DNA of 60,526 nucleotides, the filler included, from Moniliella sp. 'wahieum' (lineage: Eukaryota): assembly GCA_003971905.1 (NCBI GenBank). It is 3 parts of 3 records of this genome, joined end to end, with 100 filler letters (N's around TTAATTAATTAA, not from the genome) between each part and the next. Parts side by side here need not be neighbours in the genome. Positions count along the whole stretch, not along the records: positions 20,768 to 42,133 come from RSEE01000196.1; positions 42,234 to 60,526 come from RSEE01000197.1; 1 more part is not named here. One strand, written 5' to 3'. The notes below the pieces were generated by a model. The model did not search any database, was not told the DNA's origin, and saw only the letters and a program-made list of their open reading frames with translations. The position numbers were made by a program, and so were the translations under genes. Shown here in pieces: positions 39,640 through 53,259 of this stretch (positions are counted from its first letter, which is position 1; each line of letters begins with the position of its first letter).

Positions 39640-41936
39640 ATGCCTGCCTTGCCTACGACGCCAGCTGCCACGTTTGACTGCGGAACACCTGCTTCGTCTC
39701 ATCCCAGCACGGCCAGGCCTGGCAGCCAACATCGCCCCTTCACACCTTCGACCGGCCCGTCTGGTGCACCACCTCCAGCGCGAGCAGCATCCGACACGCC
39801 GTTGCCTCGCCGCATGGACCGCCCAGCTGCTCACAACGCGGCTTGCTCCCAGCTGTCAACCATCCCTGCCTCTCCTCGTCCGGGCACAGACACGAGCCCC
39901 ACTCCGCCTCCCAACCCGACGCCTCTCCAGATCCTAGCACTTGCAGCAACCACGCAAGACCCGCGCCTCGAGGGCACACAAGATCCTCTGGATGAGCAGC
40001 CAGCATCCCCAGCTCCTGTTGCTGCACCTACCTCGCCGCTTTCATCTCCCCTACCGCCCTTGCCTTCTCCCACGCACGCCCCGGACACCATCACCACCCA
40101 CATTCTTGTCCAAAGAGGGTTGCCCAAGCACAAGGTGACCATCCACCAAACGCCCAGCGTACGTCCTCTCCCCCCCTTTTCTCTTCCACCGGCTCCCAAC
40201 CTGACCAAGCCTGTCGCAGGCTACCAATGCTCCGCCTGCTCCGCCTGTTCGCAAATCGCACAGAACGCGCGTCAGCACGCCTCTAAATGCAGTCAACTCA
40301 AAGGACAGGTCGCTGCCTCCATCTTCAATGATCCGTTCCATCTCATCCCGTCTCGCGATTGAACCACTGGGTCTCGAGTACCACCCCAGCTTGCGCCTTT
40401 TGTATTGCAACGTATGCAAATACTTTGTCCCCGAATCGCATATCTCAAGCAACAGAGTCAAAGCTTTCCGGGTCAGCGGCACACATCCCTTGATCAACCG
40501 CGCAAACGCCAAGGCTGCCCGCAACGCCTTTCGCATGTTCCCTCCCCACATGTACCCCCGCTCTGCTGAGCCCAAGGACTTTAGCACGTACCTGTCCGAG
40601 CCAGTCGACCGCATCGTCATTTCCCCTCCCAAGGAGGTGTGCCGCACATGTTTGAAGGTAGCACGCACCCACCACCCGCACGCCAAGCATGCCAGCACTA
40701 CCGGCCACCACCCTCGTCCGCTCTGGCTTCCCCCCAACGAGTCTTGTACGACCTTACCGTTGCCATTGTTGGGCCCGATGCGCCACCAGCCGCGATCGAT
40801 GCTGCGAGGCGCCTTGATGCAGCCGCAGCTGTCCAGTCGCCCCCTCCAACCAGCCCGGTGCGCAACCGAGGAACGGATGACGATACAACGAGCAACAGAT
40901 CCCGAGAGAGTGACGAGGATACCAGCGACACCGAGCGGAGAGACGTGGATGAGGCCAGCGACTCCGAATCGGAATGGGACTGGGTACCAGCGCGCACCCG
41001 GCGACCAGCACGCACCCAGGAAGCATCCCCTAGCGAGGCAGAGTCGACCGAGGCAGGCCGGCCGACGCAGTCTCCCTCGCCCTCGCCTGCCCCCCCGCGG
41101 CGGCAGCGCAACGCCTCTCCACCAGCCGCGGCGCCGCCCGATCGTCCTTATCCCCGTCCCCTGCGCGACGCCTCTCCGCCACGGCGGCCTCTGCTGACGT
41201 ATACCGACCTTACGCGGGAGGAGGGCTCGCCCAGCTTGATGCCTCACATGCCGGGAGAGGATCCGCTGACCATTGCGGATGGCGAGCATTTCATGGGCTC
41301 CTTCCCTCGCATGTGGCATGTGTCCGAGTTGATGGCCGGGTACCGCTGATGCGCTTGGCCGAGATGCGGTATCTGCCAAACATGAACCACGAACGCAAGC
41401 GTGCCAATAACAACCTGTACCATTGGGCCCGGGCGCTTCTCGCCTTTTCCCACCCCGTCCAGCATGCCATTGCTCCAGCCGGGCAAGAGTCCGAGTTTTC
41501 GTGCTTCCATCGCTTTGGCTTGCAGGTCCGTACCGACACGATCCGCAAGTACACCGGCTTGTTAGGCGACTGCTTTGTCTTTATGCAGTTGCTCCTCGGA
41601 GCGCGGGCGACGCTGGGCAGCACAGAGGAGCACCCGCTGGCCGACCTGGCCAGTCGCGTCTTGTCGATGCACGAGCAGGCCTTCATCCAGGCGCTGGAGG
41701 ATGACGGCATGCCAGTGGGCGAGAGTGCCCTGGAAAGCTTTGTCGCCGATGTCCTTGCGCCGAACCCCTGGGAGCCCCCGGTTGACAATCCGGGAGCGCA
41801 GCAGCTTGACTATGACCCGCTTTGGCAGCGCCTTGCGATCTGGCTCGAGATGACCACGACACGGCCTTGGGCAGCGACCCTGGAGGATGTAGGCCCGCTG
41901 TGGCTGTTTGCCTTTAGCCAGTGTCTCGGCATCTGG
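39640..41936 (+). pseudogene. Truncated telomere-linked RecQ helicase-like ORF (DUF3505/OrsD-type Zn-finger N-terminal part)
   Basis: PPAPNL..PVAGYQCSACSAC....NARQH, LGLEYHPSLRLLYCNVCKYFV, an acidic linker, QVRTDTIRKY and LFAFSQCLGI, resembling fungal TLH N-termini from memory. Cut by repeat copy 2 before any helicase motif. Oriented toward the telomere. Confidence 0.55.
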
Positions 41937-42062
41937 TACCCTAGACATATGTTGTCAGCATCAATTGGTGATTTTCAATTTGAAATCGGCCCCCACCTTG
42001 TTCCAAAAACGACTAGGTGAAAAAGAGCGAGCCCGGTTGGTGAGAATTGTACAAGCTCTGGG
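41937..42062 (+). repeat. ~125-bp subtelomeric direct repeat, copy 2
   Basis: Near-identical to 38813-38936 and followed directly by telomere-like sequence. Confidence 0.95.
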
Positions 42063-42133
42063 TGTTGTGGGTAGGGTTGGGTAGGGTTAGGGATGGGTGG
42101 GTGTAACTTCTCAACTTTTTAGGGTTAGGGTTA
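42063..42133 (+). repeat. Degenerate and canonical TTAGGG telomeric repeats at contig end
   Basis: GGGTAGGGTTGGGTAGGGTTAGGG...TTAGGGTTAGGGTTA, then the gap. Confidence 0.8.
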
Positions 42134-42233
42134 NNNNNNNNNNNNNNNNNNNNNNNNNNNNNNNNNNNNNNNNNNNNTTAATTAATTAANNNNNNNNNNN
42201 NNNNNNNNNNNNNNNNNNNNNNNNNNNNNNNNN
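42134..42233. other. Artificial contig linker
   Basis: 100 nt of Ns with a central TTAATTAATTAA. Confidence 0.95.
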
Positions 42234-43047
42234 CCGGCGAAAGCCTCGGTCACTGCCAAACAGATAAACTTTTCGCCTGCAATCACAGGTTCCACCACCT
42301 CCTTTTTGAGCCAATCAGAACCAAAGTTGATCAAGGGGGGAAGGCCAATGACCAACCGCTCCCAAACCATCAGCAAGCCACGCGTACTGCAAATAAACGT
42401 TAGCCAAACATTCGCCGCGTGTGGACACAGTGGAGCTTACCATTCGGAAAGAACTCCTGGGTGATAACCAATTCATGGAATAGTCCCATTTCCTCGGCTT
42501 AATCCCAGCGAAGAGCTTGCGGCCTAGCAAGTGCTTTCCCGGACCAAGACGCATCGCATTGATTCCGAGCTCGCCCATCTCGCGCATGAGTTCGGGCGGG
42601 GGCCGCTTGCGAGAGGGTCCAGCTCCAGTGCGACGTCAACTAGGCGTTCCGTGACATAGCGCCTGAACTCGCGTTGGAGATGACGATGCGATCGTTGAAG
42701 TAAGGCGAATAGAAGTCTTGCGCAAGCCAGCTGGGCTCCCCATACGGCACCTCAGACGGCTTTCGCTCCAACGTTTGATCTCGGGTACTTCATCCTGGAT
42801 GATGGCACCTTGATGCGCATGGCGGAGGGCTTGAAAAGCACATCCTGCCGGTGTGAAGACTGTAGAAGAGATCGGTACAGTCCTGGCCGGCCACTTCGTC
42901 AAAACGACCGCTCCGCCGGGTGGAAGTCGGCGCAAACTTGGTCACATCGTACACCTCGCTGTCGATGATGATCCAGCAGTCTTGTCCAGGCTTGTTGTGC
43001 TTAGCCACCTCCTCGCGAGTAACCTGCTTGAGCTCCTTGGATGCCAT
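42234..43047 (-). CDS. Cytochrome b5 domain / acyl-CoA dehydrogenase fusion (3'-partial at contig edge)
   Basis: TREEVAKHNK..DCWIIIDSEVYDVTKF, (H)PGG, AGQDCTDLFYSLH; AMRLGPGKHL; IGLPPLINFGS...GEKFICLAVTEAFA. Confidence 0.88.
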
Positions 43048-44370
43048 GGCTGCGTAAAGGGATGGGACGAAGAAGCGGGAGTGTCGTGGTGTGAAGGAAG
43101 AAGTGGGCAAGTGAGGGGTGGTGGCCGAGTAAGGATGGCGGCCGCGGGGAGGGTGGCTGAAGCAATCCCACTCCCCAACATTGCCTCGAGCCTTCGTGAC
43201 TGAGGACATGTAGTGCGTTCAAGCTTCAAGGGGACTAGTTCACGTGCAGGGGCTTGATCTTGACTGGCGGGCGCTGTGGCCTGGGGGGGCACGAGGGGGA
43301 GGAGCAGGTGAGAGAGGTAAGATGGATCGCTGGCGCCCTGTGGTACGGATTAACCCACGTTGAAGCTTACAGCTCCCTACCCGTGCCCCGCACCACTTCA
43401 GGCAACTAGGGCCATGGCCGTGCGTTTGGCTGACAGAGGACTGACCTTGCCTGGCATGGGGGCAGTCAAGTGTTGGGGCCAAAGTTTTGGCAAATGGGGC
43501 CCATTTAATGGCTCACATTGCTGGGGTTGCATAGTTTGCTTTTAGATCTAAAGTGCCCCCGCGCCTGTGAGGTTTGCTGACGATGACCAATGGAATTAAG
43601 CGGGGGTGCGCGTCATCCATTCATAGCTTTGCCGTGTTCAACGTGTTCAACGTTCACTTCACTACCCGTTGAACGTTCGTTCAAGTGTCCACTCGACTGT
43701 ATGTGAGTACTAAGTTGCTGAGCTTGAGCACAGGAATCCTGAGCGCCCTAGGGTAAATTTCTGGCGTTTCGCGTTGGTCGAGTTATGTGAATGATGAATG
43801 TCGGTCTGCTACGCGTTAAGGCCAACACGGGTATACTCAGGCTGTCAGGTCGGCTCAGGCCTTGAGCGCGACTGAGGCCTTGAGCCTGGCTGAAGCGGTG
43901 AAGCTCTGAAGATCTGAAGCTTGAAGCTTGAAGCTAAAGCTAGAAGTGGCATCATGCGTGATCGCATGTGATTTTCGACGTGTGGTGCCCCCAACCCCGT
44001 GACGATCTGGGCACGCCACCGTCTTCTCGCAATATTGGACCTCAATGTTCAATTAACGACCATTTCCGTCCCTCGTGTTCTTTGACCTCTTCCTAGGGCT
44101 TCCAGTAGTTGATGGGCATTCTGGTGGAACAGAAGAGGGCAAAGATGCTATCGATTCATCTAGCTGGTGTATGTTGCCGGTGTGATGCCCGCACGAAGAT
44201 CGGCTTGGGCTCTTAACGGTCTCGGGGCAAAAAACCAGGGGAGTGGCCAGGGGGCTCAGTGGCTCAAGAAATCAAGGCTCCATTCCGCTCACCCTATTCC
44301 GCTGGCCGCGCACGAGGACATGCTCCCAAAATCTTCTCCTGGCCCCTCTCCTCTACCAGTAACAACGACT

Positions 44371-46278
44371 ATGGCGTCGTTCACCGTGCCCCCCCTGCCC
44401 CCGACGGGCAATCTTTGGCCGCCAACGGAGGATATTGCCTCGGATGTTCCACAAGAGCTGAAGGGAATCCCTTTGCTCCCTTTACCATGTCCGACCCCGT
44501 CGGCCGTATCGCGGACTGGAACAACATCCTTGGCCAAGGCCAGGACGAACGCTCCCGCCGCCAGACCCAGCGCCCTGCTCCGGCCTCTACCTTGGCCAAC
44601 TCTGTGACCGGAAACACCTTTGGATACACGCATGCTCAAGACGAAGCATCGTTCAGCGTAGTAACAATGCTCAGCGCCCAGGCGACCGTTCCAAGGGATT
44701 CTCCACCCGGGGCACTGCACGTTCTAGTGCCCGTGGTGGCCGCGGCGGCACCAAGCTAGGCGGATCTGCCCCTGTGTACACTACCGTGGCGGCACTGCTA
44801 ACCGTGGCACCGCCCGTGGTGGCCGCGGTGGCCGTATGGGTGGTGGCGGTGGTGGTCGCTGGCGCGACTGGGACCGGCCGCAGCGGACGCGCGAGTCGTC
44901 GGTTACCGTTCGCTCCGCCTGGAAACCAGTGGAGGAAATTGAGTTTAGCCGGTTGGGCAAGTTGCGCCTCGACGTGCGCCCGGGTGCGACCCTGAAGGAG
45001 TACGGTGTGCTTGCTGAATACAACCGCACTTACGATCGTACGGCTACGGCGCGGACGGCACAACCGCTCAAACCCGTCGACCGGACCAAGTTCCAGTTGA
45101 CCACGGCGGAGGACGAGTGCTGCAACAAATCTCCCAGGCCGCCCCTATTTTCCCTCCGCTGGACGAGGATGTGCCCATCTCGGCTGGCTCGGGCGTCATG
45201 GCACAGCCGAAGGCCCCAAGCCGCATCGTATCTTTATCACCGATGCAATTTTGGCTCTGCTCATGTGTCCCCCGTTCCGTCTACCCTGGGACTTGACTCT
45301 GACCGTTGAGGACGGCAATGTTCTTTGACAAACGGGATGGTGGAGCTCTGGATTACGTGACGGTTAACGAGAACGCTGCTGACCCTCCGCTGGAGCCGGC
45401 CGAGCTCAAAGACGAAAAGAATGAGGCGAATGCTACGATTGCGGCCGCCACTGCCGCGGCAGCAGCAGTAAGAGCGACCCGATCAACACCCCCTCCTCAT
45501 TGGCTCTTGAGGCAACGTATGTCTTGCACAACTTTGCTTTCTTGACCGTCAACGAAAAGAAATCAGTCAAACTGCCTGATGGGGCATACCCCGCGCCCAT
45601 CAGTCGACGATGTGGACCCCCCGCGGCAGTGGGTTATCGCTACCGTCAATTCGACCTGACTTCGGAGGCGGAGGACCCGATTCAATTGGTGGTGCGGACA
45701 GAAGTGGACGCATATCTCCCCCCAGCGGCAGGCAGCAAGAACGCCAGCTCGTCAGCATCAAGACGCTCAACGAGTTTGACTCTAAGGCCCAGGGTGCCGG
45801 CGGGGCGCCCGACTGGCGCAGCCGGCTTGACAGTCAACGCGGTGCTGTGGTGGCGACAGAAATTAAGAACAACGCGTTCAAGTTGGCCCGCTTTGCTGCT
45901 CAGGCTATCCTAGCGGACTCGGATGTGCTCAAGCTCGGGTACATTTCGCGTACTAATGCCAAAGAGGCTGGTACGCCACGTCATCCTGGGGACTCAGACG
46001 TTCAAGCCGCGCGACCTAGCGACGCAAATGAACCTATCGTTGGCGAACGGGTGGGGGATTGTGCGAACACTCGCCGATCTGGTGCGCAAGGAAGACGGCA
46101 AATACGTTTGGTCAAAAACCCGAACAAGCCTGTGGTCAACCTCTACAAGGTCCCCAACTCTTACCCTGACGAAGAGGAGAGCGAGGAGGAGGAGGAAGTG
46201 GAGGAGGAGGAGGCGAAGATGAGGACTACTAAAAGCAACGGTTTGTTGCGCCTGTTACATTGTACAACCCCAGCCTAA
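44371..46278 (+). CDS. Eukaryotic translation initiation factor 3 subunit D
   Basis: [28 protein letters not shown]...[69 protein letters not shown], acidic tail. Confidence 0.93.
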
Positions 46279-46665
46279 CCGTTACGGCCATAGAACATGC
46301 CATAGTGCACAGGCCGCCAAAGAGATGCTTGCAAAGAACACGCAGCCCTTGTCGCCAAATGTTGCGGGAGCAGGCGGTACAGGGCGAGACTACGTGCGCT
46401 CAACCTATTTTGTAGGCAACACAAAGCCCGAAGCGGAATGCCTGATTCCGCCCATTCCCTTACTCAAGCGGGCTGATGCACTGATGCATGATGCATGATG
46501 ACGTGATGACGAAAGGAGTCTGAGGCCTTTCTGAGTGTGAAGCTTGAAAGAGATGAAGCAGATTTGCCACCACCTGGATCTGTGCCACCACCACCACCCC
46601 TCATCCTCCCTTTTGTGGGTCACCAGGCGCTTGCTGCCAGTCGACTCGCCTTAGTAGATACCGAA

Positions 46666-47889
46666 ATGGCGTCTGTTGAGGTGAGATTTGGGAAAACCAT
46701 GGACTGCTCTGCATCCTCTGTCCTTGTACTGACCAGGCATGGCCGCGCGTTTTGCCCTTCGCAGCACCAATCGCATGTCCCGCAAGTAACGGCGGCGACA
46801 GGCGCCCCGGGCAACCCAGCGCTAGGGGAAAAGGCTAACAGTGGGGTGTCGATGCACAAGCCGTTTGCAGTGACCGCTCGTTTTGCTGCCGAACGAGGCG
46901 ACCAGGAGAAGGAGGCGCAGTTCGCGCCTAACCTCAACGTTCATCTTATCTGCCCCGACTGCCAGATCAACCCTCCTAACCTGGCCGAAGAATTTGACTC
47001 GGGTGACATTGTTTGTGCGGATTGCGGTATGGTCCTGGGCGATCGCATTGTCGACACTCGTTCCGAGTGGCGTACTTTGCCAACGAGGAGGGTGACGACC
47101 CGTCCCGTGTGGGTGAGGCAAGCAACCCGTGCTGGACGGCCTGGTGGAAGGGTTGGATACGCGCATCGGCGCCCGGGATGGTAACACTGGTATCTCGCGG
47201 CAGCTGCAGCGCACAACTGCCCTGGGGCAAGGTGCCCAGAACCGCACCATCCTCGAGGCGATGGACGACATTCAGAGGAAATGCGACGCCATCCATCTTC
47301 CCAAGATGGTCAGTGACACTGCCAAACAGCTCTACCGCCGAACCGAGGAAGAGGGGTTGCGCGGGGGGTAAGAAGACGAGGCCAAGGTGGCGGCAGCGAT
47401 CTTCATCTCCTGCAAGATTTGCAAGGTTCCTCGTACTTTTCCCGAGATTTGCGCCATCACCAAGGTGTCCAAAAAGTTGATTGGTCAAGTATTCCGCGAG
47501 ATGCAAACCTCGCTGGATCTCAACAATGGTGCTCAGGGGGCGGGGGACCCACAACGGCAGTGGAGTTGGTGGCGCGTTTCTGCTCTCGTCTGGGTCTGGA
47601 AGGGCCAGTGGTACGGTTGACAGAGGATGTGGTCGCACGGGTGCGAGAGTTGGGCACTCTCGCCGGCAAATCGCCCATCACCATTTCGGCTGCTTGCATT
47701 CTATTTGCAGTCACCCTTGCGCTCGCCAGCCTCCTACAATCCGGGCCATCTCGGAGGCAGCCCAAGTATCAGATTCGACGATCAAATCGTCGTACCGCGA
47801 ACTGTTGCGGTTCAAGGATTCGATCCTCACGCCTGAGATCCGTGAGCGGTACAAGAAGCTCATTGTTTTCGCGTCTGGACCAAGAGTGA
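46666..47889 (+). CDS. SUA7: Transcription initiation factor TFIIB
   Basis: Zn ribbon CPDC...SGDIVCADCGMVLGDRIVDTRSEWRT(F)ANEEGDDPSRVG, cyclin repeats (VPRTFPEI, GKSPITISAACI). Probable 5' intron near 46681-46764. Confidence 0.94.
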
Positions 47890-48345
47890 AAATGGAATTC
47901 CGGCCTCGGTAACGTTGGCCGCTGACCGCAATCAGTTCGGCCGGGGCATGTTGCATGTATTACCACACCATAATACATATCAATGAATGTGGTTTTCGAC
48001 TGCTCACTTTGAACGTAGCTAGCTCGGTCATGTGAAGACGGCATCGGGACGGTAAGATTGGTAAAGTCTTCTGAATCCGTGAGACGTCATCGATTGATGG
48101 ACAGGGTAGGGGCTGATGCTTACAGAAACACCGATACTCTGGGAGGGGAGGAGCCCTCTGGGCAACTCAGGCCCGCAGTCGCCTATCCTCATCTTGGAGG
48201 GACTCGCAATAACACCCCCCCGCAGCATGATGTTACGAGCAGTCTGACGTAGGTATGAAGGCACCAAACACTGTAGAGGCTTTACCAAGATGAAATTTGG
48301 CCTATCGAACTGAGAGAGGCGCGATAAGGAAATCATTGTCCAAAC

Positions 48346-49113
48346 TTAAAGATCACCTTGAGCTGCTCGACGGCAGGGTCTTGAACATTGGTCTCCTCAG
48401 CCGTCTCTTCAACGAGCTGGCCCGACTTGACAATCGTTACGTCCTCCTTCGGACGATCGCCATATAGCCAGTGGGCACTTTCTCAATGTACGAAACGACA
48501 TCCATGCCGTCAATCACGCGGCCAAAAACGACGTGGCGTCCATTGTGAGCCAAGGGGTGGGCACGGTGCAGAGGAAAAACTAGGAGTACACGTTAGCCCG
48601 CGAAAGAGGTGGAAAGGAGACAAGCGACGGCGACACATACCTGAGAGCCGTTGGTGTCACGGCAGCGTTGGCCATCAACAAGACACCAGGCTTGTCATGG
48701 CGAAACTTGAAGTTTTCATCGGGAAAGCGGGCGCCATAAATGGACTTTCTCCGCGGCCATCGCCCGACGTAAAGTCGCCGCCCTGGATCATGAAGCTGGG
48801 GATCACACGGTGGAACTTGGAACCTTGGTAACCAAAGCCATGTTGCCCCGTGCTGGCTCCAGGAAGTTGGTCACCGTCTGTGGGAAGTAGCAGTTAGTAA
48901 AGTTATACGCGGTTTGGAGAGGGGGGGGGCATATAGCACACCTTGGGCACATCATTGCCTTACAGGCCAACGACAAAATGCGGGATTGGTTGCTCGTCGT
49001 GCTGCATGTCGAAGTAGACCTTGTCGGTGACCTCAGGCTCGGAGTCGGCAGAAACAACGCTAAAGAGGCCAAGGGAAAGTGCCAAGAAGAGGATGACAAG
49101 GACAAAAAGACAT
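48346..49113 (-). CDS. Cyclophilin B-type peptidyl-prolyl isomerase (signal peptide)
   Basis: Hydrophobic leader then [58 protein letters not shown]. Two introns. Confidence 0.9.
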
Positions 49114-49815
49114 GCGCACGGGCTAGTTGGGGGAGGAGGACAACAGGGAGATCTTTGTAGGGAACAACAGCCAGTTCCTCCAGCGATTCGGCTCCGAGGC
49201 CGCAAGTCTCACCTCAAGTGAAAGTATTAATTATCGGTGAACGTATAGAATTGTGGTTATCTTGTTCGCCGGGGTGCGTCGAGCGCTGCCTGCACGCCTG
49301 TGAAGGGCCACTGGATGGCTGTCCAACTCATCGGGGTACTGTGCTGATCTACACATCTCCCTTCGCCTGCTCTTTGACTCTTCAGAGCTTCAGCGTTTAT
49401 ATCCCCACAACATTTTTCAAGAGACGATTATGAGACAGGGATGTCAGCCCGGGGCGCCTAAAAGGAGGGTTTGGAGGGCCTGCTCGGGTGCTGATGATCT
49501 TTTGATTCTGGCGCCGAAGGTCCTGTTGCTGGAGTGGTGGACCAGCCAGCCAACCAACGGATATGCCTTTTCAATCCCTTCTCCCCCCTTTGTCCAGCCA
49601 GCAGCGACCCAGCACCATCAGAGTCAGTCTTGAAGGGCTCCTTTATAATTTTACCCCGGGAGAGACTGGGGCGGAAGTAAGGCAAAGGCGGAACTAGCAA
49701 GCGCGTAGACAGGCCGAGCGCACAGGTGTGGGTGTCCAACTGCAAGTGGCCCAACGGCACTCGACGTGTCGACCCGACACAGCCATTGCCCCTAGTTTTC
49801 CATCCTGCTATCGCC

Positions 49816-51232
<1,417 letters not shown>

Positions 51233-51476
51233 GCTCCATCTTTCTCATTCCCTGCCCCCGCCCACGCTCCCCTGTTCTTCCTGGTTCGTAGCTTCGTAAA
51301 GAGCTGCCAACTATATCGCCGCACGTAGCAAGGTGTAAGAAGCCGGCCAACTCGACAAGGGACGCAATGACGCCCCACACAAAGAAGGAAATAAGGCGAC
51401 GAAATACATGATGCCGTATTGCCCACGGGAAGGGAAGAGTAGAAAGGAACCGTGAGGCATTAGGGGCAGTTTCGAC

Positions 51477-51999
51477 TTAATACAGATCGCCTTCGTCGCC
51501 ATGTTCGGCAAAAGCGTGTGTCCGCTTGAGCACCGCTGCATCGGCTGCATGGGGGCGTGCGGGCCTCGGTCTCGGCGCGACGCATCTTTTCCAAATCCTT
51601 GTCGGTAAACTGGCCTGGAGGGAAGGGTGCAGCAATCTGCGGAGGCACTTCATCTTCCCGTTCCAGTCCACCTCACCCAGCACACAACGTTTTCCCCGCG
51701 CACGAGGTAAAACCCAATGGGATTTCCCCGTACTGTTGGCCCACGTAGACGCAGCCACTGTGTCCTGAAGGATCAGTTGGCTACCATACCCCGCACAGTT
51801 AGGATCACATCAAGAAAGAGAAAGAGACGAGGGAAGATCTCACCAATTGGTCGTATGATGAACGCAAGACACCGACGTACTTGCGGCCGTCGCGGAGGAC
51901 GGCAATGACCTTCTTGTCCACAATCTCAGAGAGGGCGCCCGACGTGGTGAAGGCGATATTGGCGGCGAGCGCGCGGCGCGCATCGACAGCAGCATCCAT
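51477..51999 (-). CDS. LSM1: Sm-like protein Lsm1
   Basis: FTTSGALSEIVDKKVIAVLRDGRKYVGVLRS.YDQ, intron, then G.YLVRGENVV.GEVD, C-terminal GDEGDLY. Confidence 0.88.
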
Positions 52000-53259
52000 G
52001 GCAACGAGGGTGGCAGGCAAGCGCTGCACGAGGGGGTGGTTGCAGGACAAAAGCGGGACTGGCTGAGCGTGCCGTGGCGGGCTTGTCGGTTGCGATGAGA
52101 CCCAGCCCGCGCCGCCGACGCGGAAAATCCCAGCCGAAAATCGAAGAGAAACGCGATGAACATTGCAAGCCGGGGCTGATTTTTTCGGGTATTTTTTCCA
52201 AGCGAACTGGGCTGCCAAAACGACGGCAAATGAGGTGCCGACGAGAGAGAACACTACCTGCTCAGCGCTCATCCGTCCCCGCCGGTGTTGTATACAACCG
52301 ATCGTGGCACTTGGGCCCCCTCCTTGGAATCAAGTCGCGAATAACGCGGTAACAAAAAAAGAAAAAAGACTGGTTGCAAAAGGAATCGATCACGGGGAAT
52401 GTCCGCAAGTAACTTGCAGGTACGAAATCAGGCACCAAGGTGGTGAGAGCGTCAAGCGCCCAGTGAAATAACTACGACCTGTCCGGTTGGAAAACATGCT
52501 ATTTTCAGCTGGGCGAAGCATGATGATTAACGGCCCCAATCTCATCTCTGCTGCTCCTCCCTGTACATGTCCTCAAGCTCGTCTGTTGCCCCGGAGGAGA
52601 CATCCATCCGTGGTGGTTATCCCGCGAACCCAACTACAACAGGCCCGGTAGCGCAAGCCATGAACACGTTTCGCGGCTACTCGCCTTCAACCACTGCATG
52701 CTCAGAAATGAGCCTCATCAATCTCTATCGTCTGCCTGGTTCGTCCCATTGAGTGCCCAAACGGACATACTACTAACAATGCAGCCACATGCCCTTATTT
52801 TCGCCTCACACCACCTGCCAATGGTCAATGCTGAAGCGATCTTTTCCTCCGTCTCGCTTCCATTCTCCACCGGTACGCTCTTCTCGGCCACTACAAAATA
52901 TCACTGGAAACCGTCCAGACGTCCAGCGCTGGTGATCTCGATGATCGTGGCAAGATTGGATATAGAAACAAAGGGAACCAACGTTTTGGTATGGCTAGAG
53001 GAAAGGAGGGGGGGGGGGGCAGAGGCTGTTCATAGGGTCCGCAGCGCCGACCTAGGACCGGCCTGGGCACAAGCACCACGAACAAGGCCGGGTCGTAGCT
53101 CGTCTCGTGCGTGAAAAAAGGGGAGAGGGGCGTGTTTAGAAAAGGGGCTTGAGGGGAGGGAATCCAGGTAGGGACGCAAGGAGAGAAAGAGAGGGAAAAG
53201 GGACCAGGAGAGAGGGGGTGAGAGCAGAGGGTGTAGGGGGCTGGCTGAAGCAGATGCAG

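Noticed and set aside
38813..42062. LTR retrotransposon or Helitron
   Set aside because: The repeats lack TG...CA ends, PBS/PPT and gag/pol. The minus-strand CTAG end lacks the GC-rich subterminal hairpin and A|T target, and there is no Rep/helicase ORF.
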